A stretch of 62,922 nucleotides of DNA, counting the filler, from Stramenopiles sp. TOSAG23-3 (lineage: Eukaryota), in the NCBI GenBank assembly GCA_900128585.1. It is 6 parts of 6 records of this genome, joined end to end, with 100 filler letters (N's around TTAATTAATTAA, not from the genome) between each part and the next. Parts side by side here need not be neighbours in the genome. Positions count along the whole stretch, not along the records: positions 42,049 to 52,442 come from LT642824.1; positions 52,543 to 62,922 come from LT642825.1; 4 more parts are not named here. One strand, written 5' to 3'. A model generated the notes under the pieces. That model worked only from the letters and a program-made list of their open reading frames with translations, ran no database searches and had not been told where the DNA came from. Of this stretch, positions 43,391-54,096 are shown one piece after another (positions within the stretch are counted from its first letter, which is position 1; each line of letters begins with the position of its first letter). A program made the translations under genes and the position numbers.

Positions 43391-44785
43391 CTACTTTATT
43401 CTAAGAAGGAAAAAAAAAATTATTATTCTTACTAAATTTACAGTTTTCGTCTTTTGTTCTTCGTGTTTTCTGCAGCAAAATGACTGCCCCCATCGCATAT
43501 CATCCTCCGAAATTGGTTCTGAAAAGTTTGGCAGCAAGTTGTTGCTTGAAGAAAGGGGGGATGGCAGCTGAAGCCCTGAAAGTAGTAAGCCGCCGTCCGT
43601 CATCAAAGACGTCGGCGGGGACAAAGACCGCTTTCTGCTTAGACGAGAACCCGATGCTTTCGAATTTCTCTCGATGACACTTGCCGATATCTTGTTGGCC
43701 TGGGCAAGGTTTTTCAATCCTTTCTCCGAGGTAAACCGAAAAACACACTCGTAATAGTCCCCTGAGATAGACAGCCTGGTGCTTATGTGCGAATAAATTT
43801 TTTCCTTGATTTTGTTCTTGTTGATTACTTCCAGCTGTTGGAATTCCGACTGGCTTGAAAAAGTTTTCACCGGCCCTACTGCCGAATCAAACACGTAGTC
43901 GTACCGCTCTTTTTGGAACAACGTCTTTGCTTGCTGGTTCATAATAACGTCAAGGCTTGCCTGTGTTAGAAATTGACTGTACACGTCCGTCTTGTTCTCC
44001 TCCCAAATGCTGTTTGCACGGTCCGCTGACATGTAGTTGTCCATAAACCCAGGTGTGGAGAAGAAAAACGTTCTTCCAAAGTAGGTAATGCGCAGAAGAA
44101 CCCCACAGTTCTTGTTGTCCTCACCCGATTCAACGATCGACAAGTTTTCTACAGGTACACGATCTGCAATGTCCTTTGCAGGCACTGTCTCCCAGTACGA
44201 CCAATTCACACTATTTGACCCGATCGATTTAGTAGACGCCTTCGTCAGCAATACGGCAATGTGCGGGAAAGGGAGTTTGAAGCTATGGGCCAGCATCATC
44301 GCCTCAGAGAGCAAATTCGCGCTCTTTCTCCGCATTGCTATCCACACCCAAAAAACGACAAAGGCGTGAATGTTCGCAAAAATCTCCTGGTCCATATCCA
44401 TTGCGTTAAAACACTCGTCCTGCGAGCTCCATATCACGCCGGACCCCAACTTCTCCTCGGTGGTCTCCCCTTGCGAGGCACCCGTGCCAGGCTTCTTCTT
44501 GCTGGTGCGGCGCCGTCCGTCCTCCTTGGCCATTCGAATGATTGCCCTCATGATTTGCTTTGCCGGTCCAGCTCCATTACAATTTTTTGAAATGGACGCG
44601 ACAGCCTTGGTGTACTGCTCGTTGGCCTTTTGCTTTGAGCTCTGTGTAGGCCTGCCCGTCTTTACAGGAACAGACACACACGCCAGGCCAAGGCGCACAC
44701 AACGACGGCATGACGGTGCAGTTCGATCGCATTTGGTCCGGGCCTTCCTGCAGGCGAAACAGTTGTGCAAGAGTCTCTTGGTCAT
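43391..44785 (-). CDS. Zn(II)2Cys6 binuclear-cluster (GAL4-like) transcription factor; C-terminus uncertain
   Basis: CFACRKARTKCDRTAPSCRRCVRLGLAC = C-x2-C-x6-C-x6-C-x2-C-x6-C; first ATG at 44785. Confidence 0.88.
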   Translation of the reverse strand: MTKRLLHNCFACRKARTKCDRTAPSCRRCVRLGLACVSVPVKTGRPTQSSKQKANEQYTKAVASISKNCNGAGPAKQIMRAIIRMAKEDGRRRTSKKKPGTGASQGETTEEKLGSGVIWSSQDECFNAMDMDQEIFANIHAFVVFWVWIAMRRKSANLLSEAMMLAHSFKLPFPHIAVLLTKASTKSIGSNSVNWSYWETVPAKDIADRVPVENLSIVESGEDNKNCGVLLRITYFGRTFFFSTPGFMDNYMSADRANSIWEENKTDVYSQFLTQASLDVIMNQQAKTLFQKERYDYVFDSAVGPVKTFSSQSEFQQLEVINKNKIKEKIYSHISTRLSISGDYYECVFRFTSEKGLKNLAQANKISASVIERNSKASGSRLSRKRSLSPPTSLMTDGGLLLSGLQLPSPLSSSNNLLPNFSEPISEDDMRWGQSFCCRKHEEQKTKTVNLVRIIIFFFLLRIK

Positions 44786-45247
44786 ACTTTTCAAGATAAG
44801 GCTGCGGAATGTGGTCGAATTGTAATTGGTGCACGGATATGATACAGCCTTGCAACACGCTTCACTCTTCAGTTGCTCTCTTTCAGTAAAGCAATACAGG
44901 TCCTTGTCGCCTGAACAGTTACAATAGAACGAGGAAGAAGAAGACCACCATTTCTTTCTATTTTTTTAGATGATGATGATGATCCATCATTATTCCTTGT
45001 GCCCTTTTGTGTGGTTTTTTTTGTTGGTTGTTGTTCTTGAACAAAAAAGAGAAGAAGAAGAAGAAAGAAGAAATTTAATATTTTAAATATACAGGTGAAT
45101 AGTACAGAGCAGGCCGGCACGCGCATCAATGAGAAAGAAGAAGAAATTCTAATAAAAAAATAATTAAATTAACGTTCGAAGAACAAAGTAATCGAAGGAA
45201 GAAGAAGAAGAAGAGAGAAGAGGTATATTGGTATATTTGCTATTTGC

Positions 45248-45292
45248 TCAGGATTCAGGATTCAGGATTTAGGATTCAGGACTCAGGATTCA
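45248..45292. repeat. (TCAGGAT)n 7-bp tandem repeat, about 6 copies
   Basis: Read directly; two copies have single variants. Confidence 0.9.
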
Positions 45293-45406
45293 AAGGAGGA
45301 GCACTTGAAGGAGGTTTTTGTATTATAATAATAATATAAGTATATTATATATAGAAGTAATAGGCAATGACGTAATATACGAGGACATGATCCAGGAGGA
45401 TGGATG

Positions 45407-45748
45407 GGAGAAGAAGAAGAAAGAAGAAGAAGAAGAAGAAGAAAGAAAAAGAAGAAGAAGAAAGAACAAGAAGAAAGAAGAAGAACAACAAGAAGAACAA
45501 GAAGAACAAGAAGGAAGAAGAAGAAGAAGAACAAGAAGAACAAGAAGAAAGAAAAAGAAGAAGAAGAAGAAAGAAGAACAACAACAAGAAGAACAAGAAG
45601 GAAGAAGAAGAAGAAGAAGAAGAAGAAAGAAGAAGGAAGAAGAAGAAGGAAAGAAGAACAAGAAGGAAGGAAAGAAGGAAGGAAAGAAGAAGAAGAAGGA
45701 AGAAGAAGAAGGAAAGAAGGAAAGAAGGAAAGAAGGAAAGGAAAGAAA
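45407..45748. repeat. About 340-nt GAA/CAA-rich purine tract in divergent intergenic region
   Basis: Read directly; produces spurious poly-E/K/R ORFs. Confidence 0.93.
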
Positions 45749-46231
45749 TGGGGTTGTTTATTATGAGGATCGTAGTATGTTGTTATAAGACGAAGACTGT
45801 GGATATTTATTTTATTTAATTGTTGTACAATATTTATAATAAAATAATAATAATACTAGACTATTTATATATAAAAAAAAACAAAAAAGAAACGATCTTG
45901 TTTCTATGTAATTTGACTACCATACCGGTACAACTAATACAACCACCGGTAAAATATAAAAATAATAAATAATAATATAATAAATATTATTATAGTGGTA
46001 TAACAACTACTGAATATTATCTTGTGGCTGTGGTCTGTGGACGGGTATCTGAACTTTTTATGCCATTGGACACTTTTTAAGAACAAACAAAAGCATTTTA
46101 AGAAAGTGAAAGAAAGAAAATCATCGCAGAACAATTCATATGTTTTAAAATAAATAAATTTATAAACAAAGAAAGCAGAACGAGAGGTGTACTGCAGTTT
46201 TGCAGGGTTTTCTGATTCTGTTAAACTGACC

Positions 46232-47992
46232 ATGGCTGCCCACGCCGTAGGCGACACTGGGGCAAGTAAAAAGTTTCTTTCGGCGTCCTTGCACACCCAG
46301 TCCAGAGGGGTGAAGACTAAGCGCGGCACGATAAGCCGCTTTGGGAGCAGCCAACAAGTGGATTTAGAGCTTGGGTGGTTCTGGAAGTCGGGTGAAAAGG
46401 TGAAGAAGCGCGGTGCGTGGCAGAAAAGGTACTTTCGTTTCAGGGCTGGAAGCTTCTACTACTATGGGAGCGAGAAAGAGACCTCCCTGAAAGGGGTCAT
46501 CGACGCTTACGCAATTCTTGGGTGGATGGAACGGACCGAAGACCGCAGCTCTTTCCGCAGCCTTAACGACGTTTCGGTCTTTTCTTCTACGAAATCGACC
46601 AAATCGGCAGCGCTTCAGAGCACGACCTCTCCCGGGATCGTATTCTTCACGAACGACAGGTGCTGGGTGCTGATTTGCACGGAACCCCAACAGTTGAACA
46701 AGTTGAAAGAGATTATATTCCTGTACGCGCGCCCCTTGAAGATCGTGAAAGAGGGGTACCTTTTGAAGGAAAAGGCGCGCTGGAAAAGGTCGTTCAACAA
46801 GAGGTACGTATTAGTCGCGCGCAGCTCGAACCTACCGGTGGTCTTGATATGGTGCGACAACGAAAACATTCTTACACTCCGGGGGTATTACAAGTTGTAC
46901 AACAAGGAAGACGCAGACTCCTCCTTCTTTGGGCTCGACAACGCAAACCAATTTTGGGTGCGAACGAACGTCTACGACTCCAAAAAAATCTGCTCCTTCC
47001 GGAGCTTGGATGGTGCAGAGTCTTGGATCGCGGCCTTTCAGAAGGCTTCGGACACGGCAATAGAAAAGAAAAAAAACAGGCAGGGTAACACGAACTCTTC
47101 AAAAAAGCTGAAAAGGAGGACGATGGCGCTCCACAGCAAAGCGAGATCGGCGAGTGGGCCCAAGAAGAGTGCGTCGGTGCGCGGCAAATCTTTGGGCTCC
47201 GAAAAGGAGCAAAAGAAAAGGGTAAGGGGTCCCCGAAGGACAACTGCGACTATAAGCAGTTTTGACGACGATAATATTGAAGATAAACGGGTACAAAGGG
47301 AACAGCAGACTAGGGGAATCGCTCGTGCGGGGTCGTTGTACGAAATACCGGTGCCGTCGCCGAAGGGTGCAAGAGGTAAGCTGTCGCCAAGGAGCGAGAA
47401 GAGGAGGGAGAGCATCACGACAGCGGCAACGAAGAGCAGGGCGCGTCGAAAATCTACACGGCCGATGAGCGACGCTCCATCGACGTCAGAGGAAAAATTT
47501 CAAGACTTGCTCGGCCCGGAAATGAAACGAAGACTGTCGAAGAATGGTAAAAATTTACTTGGGAAGAGCCTGAACGACGGGGGAAATGACTCATTAGAGT
47601 CGCGGCAGCGGCAATCCATTTTGAAACTCCAGAAAGTGCAAAGTGAGAAAAACGTTTATGACGGCTTCAAAAGGGAATTCAGTGGTTTGATTGACGAGCG
47701 TGTCGAATTCTGGGCGCGGGAGCCTGGTTCAAATGCAAACAAACCGTTGCCTGTACTGCTGTCGTCGCTCCAAGAACACTTTCCAGACCTGTTTTCGATG
47801 CCAGTTGTTAGCTTCGGTCCCGATCCCACAGAGGCCACAACCAAGTCGGCCATTACGAAAGGTTACCGAAAAGCGCTTTTGAAGGTGCATCCGGACAGGA
47901 TGCATAATGTCCAACCGCAGCAGAAAATTACTGCTGAGAAGGTGTTTGCTATCATTCATGGATCGTTTCAATCGTGGAGAAATAGCTGCTGA
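46232..47992 (+). CDS. Tandem PH domains + C-terminal auxilin-type J domain
   Basis: PH1 'GWFWKSG...WQKRYF...LKGVID'; PH2 'KEGYLLK...FNKRYV...SWIAAF'; J domain 'ERVEFWA...LLSSLQ...YRKALLKVHPDR...AEKVF'; first ATG at 46232. Confidence 0.85.
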   Translation: MAAHAVGDTGASKKFLSASLHTQSRGVKTKRGTISRFGSSQQVDLELGWFWKSGEKVKKRGAWQKRYFRFRAGSFYYYGSEKETSLKGVIDAYAILGWMERTEDRSSFRSLNDVSVFSSTKSTKSAALQSTTSPGIVFFTNDRCWVLICTEPQQLNKLKEIIFLYARPLKIVKEGYLLKEKARWKRSFNKRYVLVARSSNLPVVLIWCDNENILTLRGYYKLYNKEDADSSFFGLDNANQFWVRTNVYDSKKICSFRSLDGAESWIAAFQKASDTAIEKKKNRQGNTNSSKKLKRRTMALHSKARSASGPKKSASVRGKSLGSEKEQKKRVRGPRRTTATISSFDDDNIEDKRVQREQQTRGIARAGSLYEIPVPSPKGARGKLSPRSEKRRESITTAATKSRARRKSTRPMSDAPSTSEEKFQDLLGPEMKRRLSKNGKNLLGKSLNDGGNDSLESRQRQSILKLQKVQSEKNVYDGFKREFSGLIDERVEFWAREPGSNANKPLPVLLSSLQEHFPDLFSMPVVSFGPDPTEATTKSAITKGYRKALLKVHPDRMHNVQPQQKITAEKVFAIIHGSFQSWRNSC

Positions 47993-48153
47993 GAAATAGC
48001 TGCTAGAGGTGAGTGTAGGAGAAATTCGTACTGTTTGATTTCTTTTTCGTATTTACAATTTAACTCCTGAAGAGTTTCCTTTTTGTATATAATTCGTACG
48101 AGTACCTCTTGTGTAACATTACGTATCTTACGTCACCTGAACTTGTCTTCTAC

Positions 48154-49488
48154 TCAGTCCAATCGCATGGAACGGATGGCGTAATCAATTACATCCTTGC
48201 CGTCCTTCGCATTTGGCGCACACTTTCGCTTGTAATTTCTTGCTACTATCGTCCCGTGTGTTGTAAAGCCGGGAAGCCAGCAGTGAACAGAATAATTGAA
48301 CGCTGGCTTAAGATTTTGGATAAGTTCTTTTGACAGAAAAAATCTCCCAGCCCTCGTCGCTGGTGCTCCTCCCCGTCGTTCTTTCAGTAATCTTCTAGCA
48401 GCATCTTCAGCTTCACACGTCGTGCGGGCGTTGCTGTAATGCATTCTAGCAACCAAATAAAAACTCGGGAAAAGAATCGTGAACGCAAAGGGAACCCACA
48501 CGAAAAAGAAAAGTGGGAATAGAAAAACTGCAAATACGGACACCTTTAGGGCATGAAAAAATGGGTCACATCTGTGCGGCGGTTCAACAGCATTTACCAA
48601 GACGTCCCGAGGGGCGTAACTGCATTCCACGTCGGAAATTTTTGAATTCGTTTCGTCACTCAAACGCATTTTTGTTGCAATGAACCGGGCAGGGCTGTTG
48701 TAAGGGCTAGAGTACGGGTTCGCATCAGTCCCATGCTTTTCGTACGGGTTTATCGCACACTTTTCCTCGTCCTCTGGTATGTGATACAAAGCCGACGATT
48801 CAAACGGCACAGCATGGTCGTTGAAAATGTTTCCTAACACGACCCTCAGCTTGAACATTTCTATCGTTTTCAAAAACGGTGGTAATGACATTAAATGAAG
48901 CAGCGGTGCCCGTTCGTCGTCTTGCAGCGCTAACTCTTGTACTGTTCTTCCCCCTACGAACCAACCAAAACGCGATGTAAAGAAATTGTAGGCCTGATAC
49001 CGGCAATTTCGGAAAAAATGAGGAGATCGGAACCGATAAATCCCTGCATTCGGAGAAGCAAATAAGATCAAGTTCACAGGGACGACGGTGCCGAAGAAAC
49101 CGTCCTCTTCGAGGAGGGCAACGCAATACCTGGTAATTAGACCGCCGGCAGAATATCCTATGAACGAAATGTGAGATGGTTTTTCTGTTTTCGTGGCTTC
49201 AACCAACTCCTTTTTCATCCTATCCGCGCACGTGCGTATCCCTGAATACGACCGAACCGTTTGGTTGGACTTCACAAGCAGCGTTGACACCGTCATACCT
49301 TTGGTGTTTTCAGACAGCTGCTTCTTCAGCTGCTCCGATATGTACTTCACATGCCCCGGAATACCCCATAACCCGTGGTGAAGGACGAAAAGATGGTGTT
49401 TATTGCCTGTAGCTTTTGAGCCCTTTGCGCCTTTATTCAACCTCTTATTGCCCCTCTTTGACCGCGCACGGCTTCGGTTGTTTACCAT
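48154..49488 (-). CDS. DUF676 putative serine esterase/lipase (ROG1/LPL1-like) with C-terminal hydrophobic segment, 444 aa
   Basis: 'HLFVLHHGLWG', 'ISFIGYSAGGLITRY', 'FASPNAG', 'NDHAVPFESS'. Confidence 0.88.
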   Translation of the reverse strand: MVNNRSRARSKRGNKRLNKGAKGSKATGNKHHLFVLHHGLWGIPGHVKYISEQLKKQLSENTKGMTVSTLLVKSNQTVRSYSGIRTCADRMKKELVEATKTEKPSHISFIGYSAGGLITRYCVALLEEDGFFGTVVPVNLILFASPNAGIYRFRSPHFFRNCRYQAYNFFTSRFGWFVGGRTVQELALQDDERAPLLHLMSLPPFLKTIEMFKLRVVLGNIFNDHAVPFESSALYHIPEDEEKCAINPYEKHGTDANPYSSPYNSPARFIATKMRLSDETNSKISDVECSYAPRDVLVNAVEPPHRCDPFFHALKVSVFAVFLFPLFFFVWVPFAFTILFPSFYLVARMHYSNARTTCEAEDAARRLLKERRGGAPATRAGRFFLSKELIQNLKPAFNYSVHCWLPGFTTHGTIVARNYKRKCAPNAKDGKDVIDYAIRSMRLD

Positions 49489-50003
49489 TTATTCCAAAGC
49501 GTCGTAGGCAAATAATACAAACTGTAATGCTTCGAACTTTCTCAAACCTCTTCTAAGAGAGTATTATATTTAAATCCTACCCACACTGATGGCAAGACCC
49601 CTTGAGTGGTACGAAGTCCTCGGTATCGTCTTTGGCTTTCTTGCGTGTCCAACCAGTTCATCGTTGGATACATTAACTTTTTGTATGTGGCTTCAATTTC
49701 AGATTCCTTGCCCGAATCGAATGTAGTATAATTTTTTTAAATTATTTATTATGTGCCATGATGATGATGCGCTGTGTATTATGTGGTGGTGGAGGTGGGT
49801 GCAGCGATATTCTGGTACCAGGTACCTACCTGTACGGTTTAATAGTATTAATAATACGGTATAATACGGGGACGCCTAACTCTCGTAAATAAAATAAATA
49901 AATAATAAGTATAGAATAATACGAGGACACCCAGAGCATTGTTGTTGTGTTATTTTCAAGTTTACATTTTTTTAACGTCCGCAGGACGGTTCAATGTAAC
50001 AAA

Positions 50004-51893
50004 TCACTCTGCCATTAGCAGTGAATCCAACTCTGCCAATTGGTCCTGCTTCCACTTCGTCAGTTTTTCTTTCTGTTCCTTTGCCCGTTGCTTGCGTTTG
50101 CTTTCCTTCTCTATGGCTAGCTTTCTCTGGGATTCTATCATGTCAATTTCTTCTTGGTATTGCGCGTCCTCTTTCTCCGCTTTTTTCTTTAAATATTCTT
50201 GGATTTTTCTCTGCTTTTCAACCTTTTTCTGGGCGGCCTCTAACCTTTGGCGCAATTTTGCGGCCTCTGCCTCTTCGTTCGCAAACGGGTCGAACACTGT
50301 GGACTGTCCATTCTCTGCATTTCCCTTCTGCCGAACCCTGAATTTCATTCTCTTCAAGTCGGCCAGTCCTCCGGATTTTGTTTGATTTGTCCGTCGCACA
50401 GAAGGCGCTTTGTTCTCCCTGCCCCGGAGGGGCGTCATTCCCAACGGACTTTCCGACCCGGTGTTACTAGGTTGAATGAACGGCAAAGCCTTCGCTTTCG
50501 ACTTTCCGCTGCGAATTATCGCCCGTGATTTTGCTAAATGGTCTCTCATTTCAACTTGCAACTCCTCTTCTTCTACCTCAAACCGAAAAAACTTGGAACA
50601 AACCCGATCGATTGCTTCCACTACACCGACCAACATGCCGTAGTTCTGTTTCAGATCTTGCAGTTCTTGGGTGCTCCCCCCGCTCGCGACTGCTTCCGAC
50701 GCCTCCCTTCGGGGGGCAGCGCTGGTGTCCGTCGCCGATGGTGGGGCTTGGTCATTGATCAGTGGCAACTTGCACGCGGCCTCTCCCTTTCTTTCCGACG
50801 AGAATGCACAACTAGGCGTCTGGCCCCCACTCTCGTAGTGGATAACCTTGGCACGAAGCTGTGCCAACTCTCTCTCCATGCGTTCCACCATGTCCTCGTC
50901 AATTACCCGTATCGCCGTGATCCTCGTGTGCTGCAGTACGTTCTTTGCGCAATCGGCGAAACGGAGAGTCGCTAAGCTCTCCTCTGCATTGGAAGCAACG
51001 GGAGACATCATGCACAACAGGCGGGTCTTCGCAGTCCCGCCAATACTGTCTTGGAGAAGCCTCGTTAGTTTGCTGTCTCGATATGGCACGTGGGCGTTCC
51101 CAATGTACGAGTGGACGTTCCACTTTTCGGACCCCGCCAAATCAACCAAGTTTAGCTTGGACCGTATCACATCGTCTGGGTTGTCGCTGGTCCGACTTTC
51201 CAGAATAATTTGAAATATTGTGTGGCTACGACTACTGTAATCGTTCATTTCCGTATGGCGCACCGCGCGGCTCTCGTCCCCCGCCCGAAGCAACCGCAGG
51301 CACTCGCTCTCGTTGTTGACGACAAATTCGCTCAATCCATCCACGTAAAGGCCTACGCGGTTGTCCTCTTTTATTGACAAGGACGTTCCACGCCCTGGGT
51401 CTCGAAGCAAGTCGTATATTCTTTCGTTGTATATTTGCAAAAAGCTGACAACGGCGGTGCACGTTTTTCGGTTCTTCTTGACGTGATCAAAAATGTCTCT
51501 CACCACTCGCGGTATCAACCCTGCGCCACGGGATAGACTGCCGGTCGAGTAAATGTCGTTTCCGTTCCGATCGTCCCCAAACATGGTAAAGGTCTTCCCG
51601 CTCCCAGTCTGCCCGTAAGCAAAGCAGGTGGAGTTGAACCCTTCGATGCAGTTTTGTGCGCAGTCCCTTACTGCATTGTACACGTCCTCTTGAGTCGTCT
51701 GCGGCGGAAAGACTCTGTCAAATTTACAAGTAGAGTCGCCAGTTCTAGACTTTACGCGCAGCTCATCCCGAGTAACAAAGGAGACGGCATGCTCACCATC
51801 GTCTTCACGCGCCAACGAAGGCCGTACACGAACAAAAACTTTGATTACTTCTTCCGACTCCGACAAGGTGGACTTCTTTACAATAGACGTCAT
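50004..51893 (-). CDS. Kinesin with N-terminal motor domain, lacking helix alpha-4 as assembled, 629 aa
   Basis: VFVRVRP, AYGQTGSGKT, SSRSH, LVDLAGSE, HVPYRDSKLTRLL; only 11 residues between DLAGSE and HVPYR. Confidence 0.9.
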   Translation of the reverse strand: MTSIVKKSTLSESEEVIKVFVRVRPSLAREDDGEHAVSFVTRDELRVKSRTGDSTCKFDRVFPPQTTQEDVYNAVRDCAQNCIEGFNSTCFAYGQTGSGKTFTMFGDDRNGNDIYSTGSLSRGAGLIPRVVRDIFDHVKKNRKTCTAVVSFLQIYNERIYDLLRDPGRGTSLSIKEDNRVGLYVDGLSEFVVNNESECLRLLRAGDESRAVRHTEMNDYSSRSHTIFQIILESRTSDNPDDVIRSKLNLVDLAGSEKWNVHSYIGNAHVPYRDSKLTRLLQDSIGGTAKTRLLCMMSPVASNAEESLATLRFADCAKNVLQHTRITAIRVIDEDMVERMERELAQLRAKVIHYESGGQTPSCAFSSERKGEAACKLPLINDQAPPSATDTSAAPRREASEAVASGGSTQELQDLKQNYGMLVGVVEAIDRVCSKFFRFEVEEEELQVEMRDHLAKSRAIIRSGKSKAKALPFIQPSNTGSESPLGMTPLRGRENKAPSVRRTNQTKSGGLADLKRMKFRVRQKGNAENGQSTVFDPFANEEAEAAKLRQRLEAAQKKVEKQRKIQEYLKKKAEKEDAQYQEEIDMIESQRKLAIEKESKRKQRAKEQKEKLTKWKQDQLAELDSLLMAE

Positions 51894-52442
51894 CGTTGCC
51901 TTCCCCCGTGTTGCACGTTTTCAAGTATGTATCAACCTCTCCAATATTTAATGTAATAATCAAAATGTTTTCAATCTTCTAATCTTGAAAATCAAAGGGT
52001 TTGGGTTTCTGGGTTGAATAAAGCACAATGTCGTGTGTATTACAAATCCCCTACTCGTCTAAATAGTAATCAGTTCTCCTAAAATTAGAATTCCCGATGG
52101 ATGTATTCGTAATTGTGAATTCGATGTCTTCTATATAGTCACCCTTTCGTACTTCTGTGTCTATCTTTCTTTCTTTTCTTCTTCTGTTTTTTGACCAGTT
52201 TAAACAACCACCAATGTGAATGAATTGCTGCTGCTTCTTGCGTTTTGTTGACTTCTTTTCTTCTTCTTCTTCTTCGCATTTTTTTTTTTAAGTTTTAATT
52301 TATTTTTTACATAAGAATAGTACAGGTGCCGTAAATGAATTCGTAAACGTTATTTAATAATGCCAGCTTCTACTTTTGAAAGAACAACAACAAAAGAAAA
52401 AGAAATAATTATATAAACACAGCATTGAAACAACAACAACTT

Positions 52443-52542
52443 NNNNNNNNNNNNNNNNNNNNNNNNNNNNNNNNNNNNNNNNNNNNTTAATTAATTAANN
52501 NNNNNNNNNNNNNNNNNNNNNNNNNNNNNNNNNNNNNNNNNN
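52443..52542. other. Artificial contig linker
   Basis: N44-TTAATTAATTAA-N44. Confidence 0.99.
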
Positions 52543-53343
52543 GAAGATCACAACTGCTGTGCCATCGTTCAGAAGCGATTCCCCTTCGATCAAAACCGAA
52601 AGTTGCTCCGGGGCGCCAAGTTCTTTCAAAAGGCCTACGACCGCGACTGGATCCGTTGCTGACATGATCGCCCCAAAAAGCATGCTTGTCTGAAAATCCC
52701 ATGGATCTCCATGGCACCCGTCCCCCATGTTAATGTCTGGACTGCAGCCGCTGCCATACATCACGTGCTGGGCGAACAGCGCTGTTAAAAAGGACGCAAT
52801 CATGACACCAGGAAAGGCCAGAAGTAATACGTTTCCCAATTGTTTAATAAAGACATGGGGGTTTGTGTAGTATGCGCTCTCAAAGATGAGAGCGGGCAAG
52901 AAAACATACAGTATTACATGAGGATCCAAGTTTCGGATTATAAGCAGAAACTGTGGGTCTTCCTGGCCACCAATGGGGGTGATGATGTACCCAAACATGC
53001 ACTGAAACGCTGCGCCCCCCGCAAGCAATAGGACAGTGTATGGAAAACCTTTGAACTGCCTGAACACGAGACCTACTATCATGCACAAAACCAGAAGAAA
53101 CACTTCAGTCTCTGCGGCCACTTCGTGGCCACTTCCATGCGGTAATTTCTCGATGCAATCTCGCAAAGAGTGCTTCATCATGTCTTTTATTGAACCCTGG
53201 CAGGCCGTCGTTGCATACCTACCCATCGAAGCATTTCTTCGGTGCAAACACTGACAGTCGTATGGTATGGGTTCCCCATCAGAAGAAGAAAGCACGCCAA
53301 CTGGCAAGTACGAACTACATAAAAGAAAGAGAAAGACCAGCAT
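52543..53343 (-). CDS. Na+/H+ antiporter, CPA1 family, SOS1/NHX7-like; 3'-truncated at contig end
   Basis: 'PYTVLLL', 'VFLPALIFES', 'SATDPVAVVGLLKELG', 'IEGESLLNDGTA'; signal-peptide-like N-terminus. Confidence 0.92.
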
Positions 53344-54096
53344 CTTTATTGTTTTTACTCACAATACTTCCAAACAGGTATGGAGTTCTCGCGAACTGGA
53401 AATTTTAAAAATCAATTTCTCATTCGTCCAAGTTCTGGATGCACACTGGGTACATTGGCGTTTGGTCGTTTAAATTGTACGTGTGCAAATGCAACATATA
53501 CAAAAGAGAAAGGAGCGATGCGAGAAGAAGATCTCCAAACTCCTCCTCCTACCTCTCCTCTAACTACTAAAGTTATTAATTCCTTACCGGTAGTACGTAC
53601 GAACCTCCTGTATTAATATTCCCCAAGGTACCAGGTACTGCTGCTGAATGTAGTAATAAGATCTCGTCTATCTTGGTTTCTTTCTCTTTTTTTTTAATGT
53701 TTAATAGGTATAAATATAATTAGTATACTATAATTATTATTACAAATATATATTTAATTGTTGGAAGAAAGAAAGAAGAAGAAGAGGTCGTATAGGATAT
53801 ACGTAGGGTGATATAATGATGTAGTGGAGATAGGGTGGTTGCTGCATTAAAAATCACACTTACGCGGGAAACGACAAGGACCATTTTTAAGACCGACCAG
53901 AATCCATAATTGCCCAAATAATGAATTTTCTGTCTGTCCATACAATATGAAATATTGATTATTATAATATAGAAAAGAGATATAAAGGATAAGAAGCGTC
54001 AATGCTTGAAACAATTGGAAGCAAAAAATAGATAGTTGGCATTCAAGGAATGCGTATTGTGATTCTGTTGGTCAATTTGTACAGTATAGTAAAGCG

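Noticed and set aside
45248..45292. (TCAGGAT)n as a CRISPR or telomeric array
   Set aside because: Short simple tandem repeat with no spacers, internal location, no cas genes.
45283..45819. Poly-E/K/R and poly-F/L/S ORFs in all six frames
   Set aside because: Translation of a GAA microsatellite that lacks stop codons; the same applies to 18041-18377 and 4645-5053.
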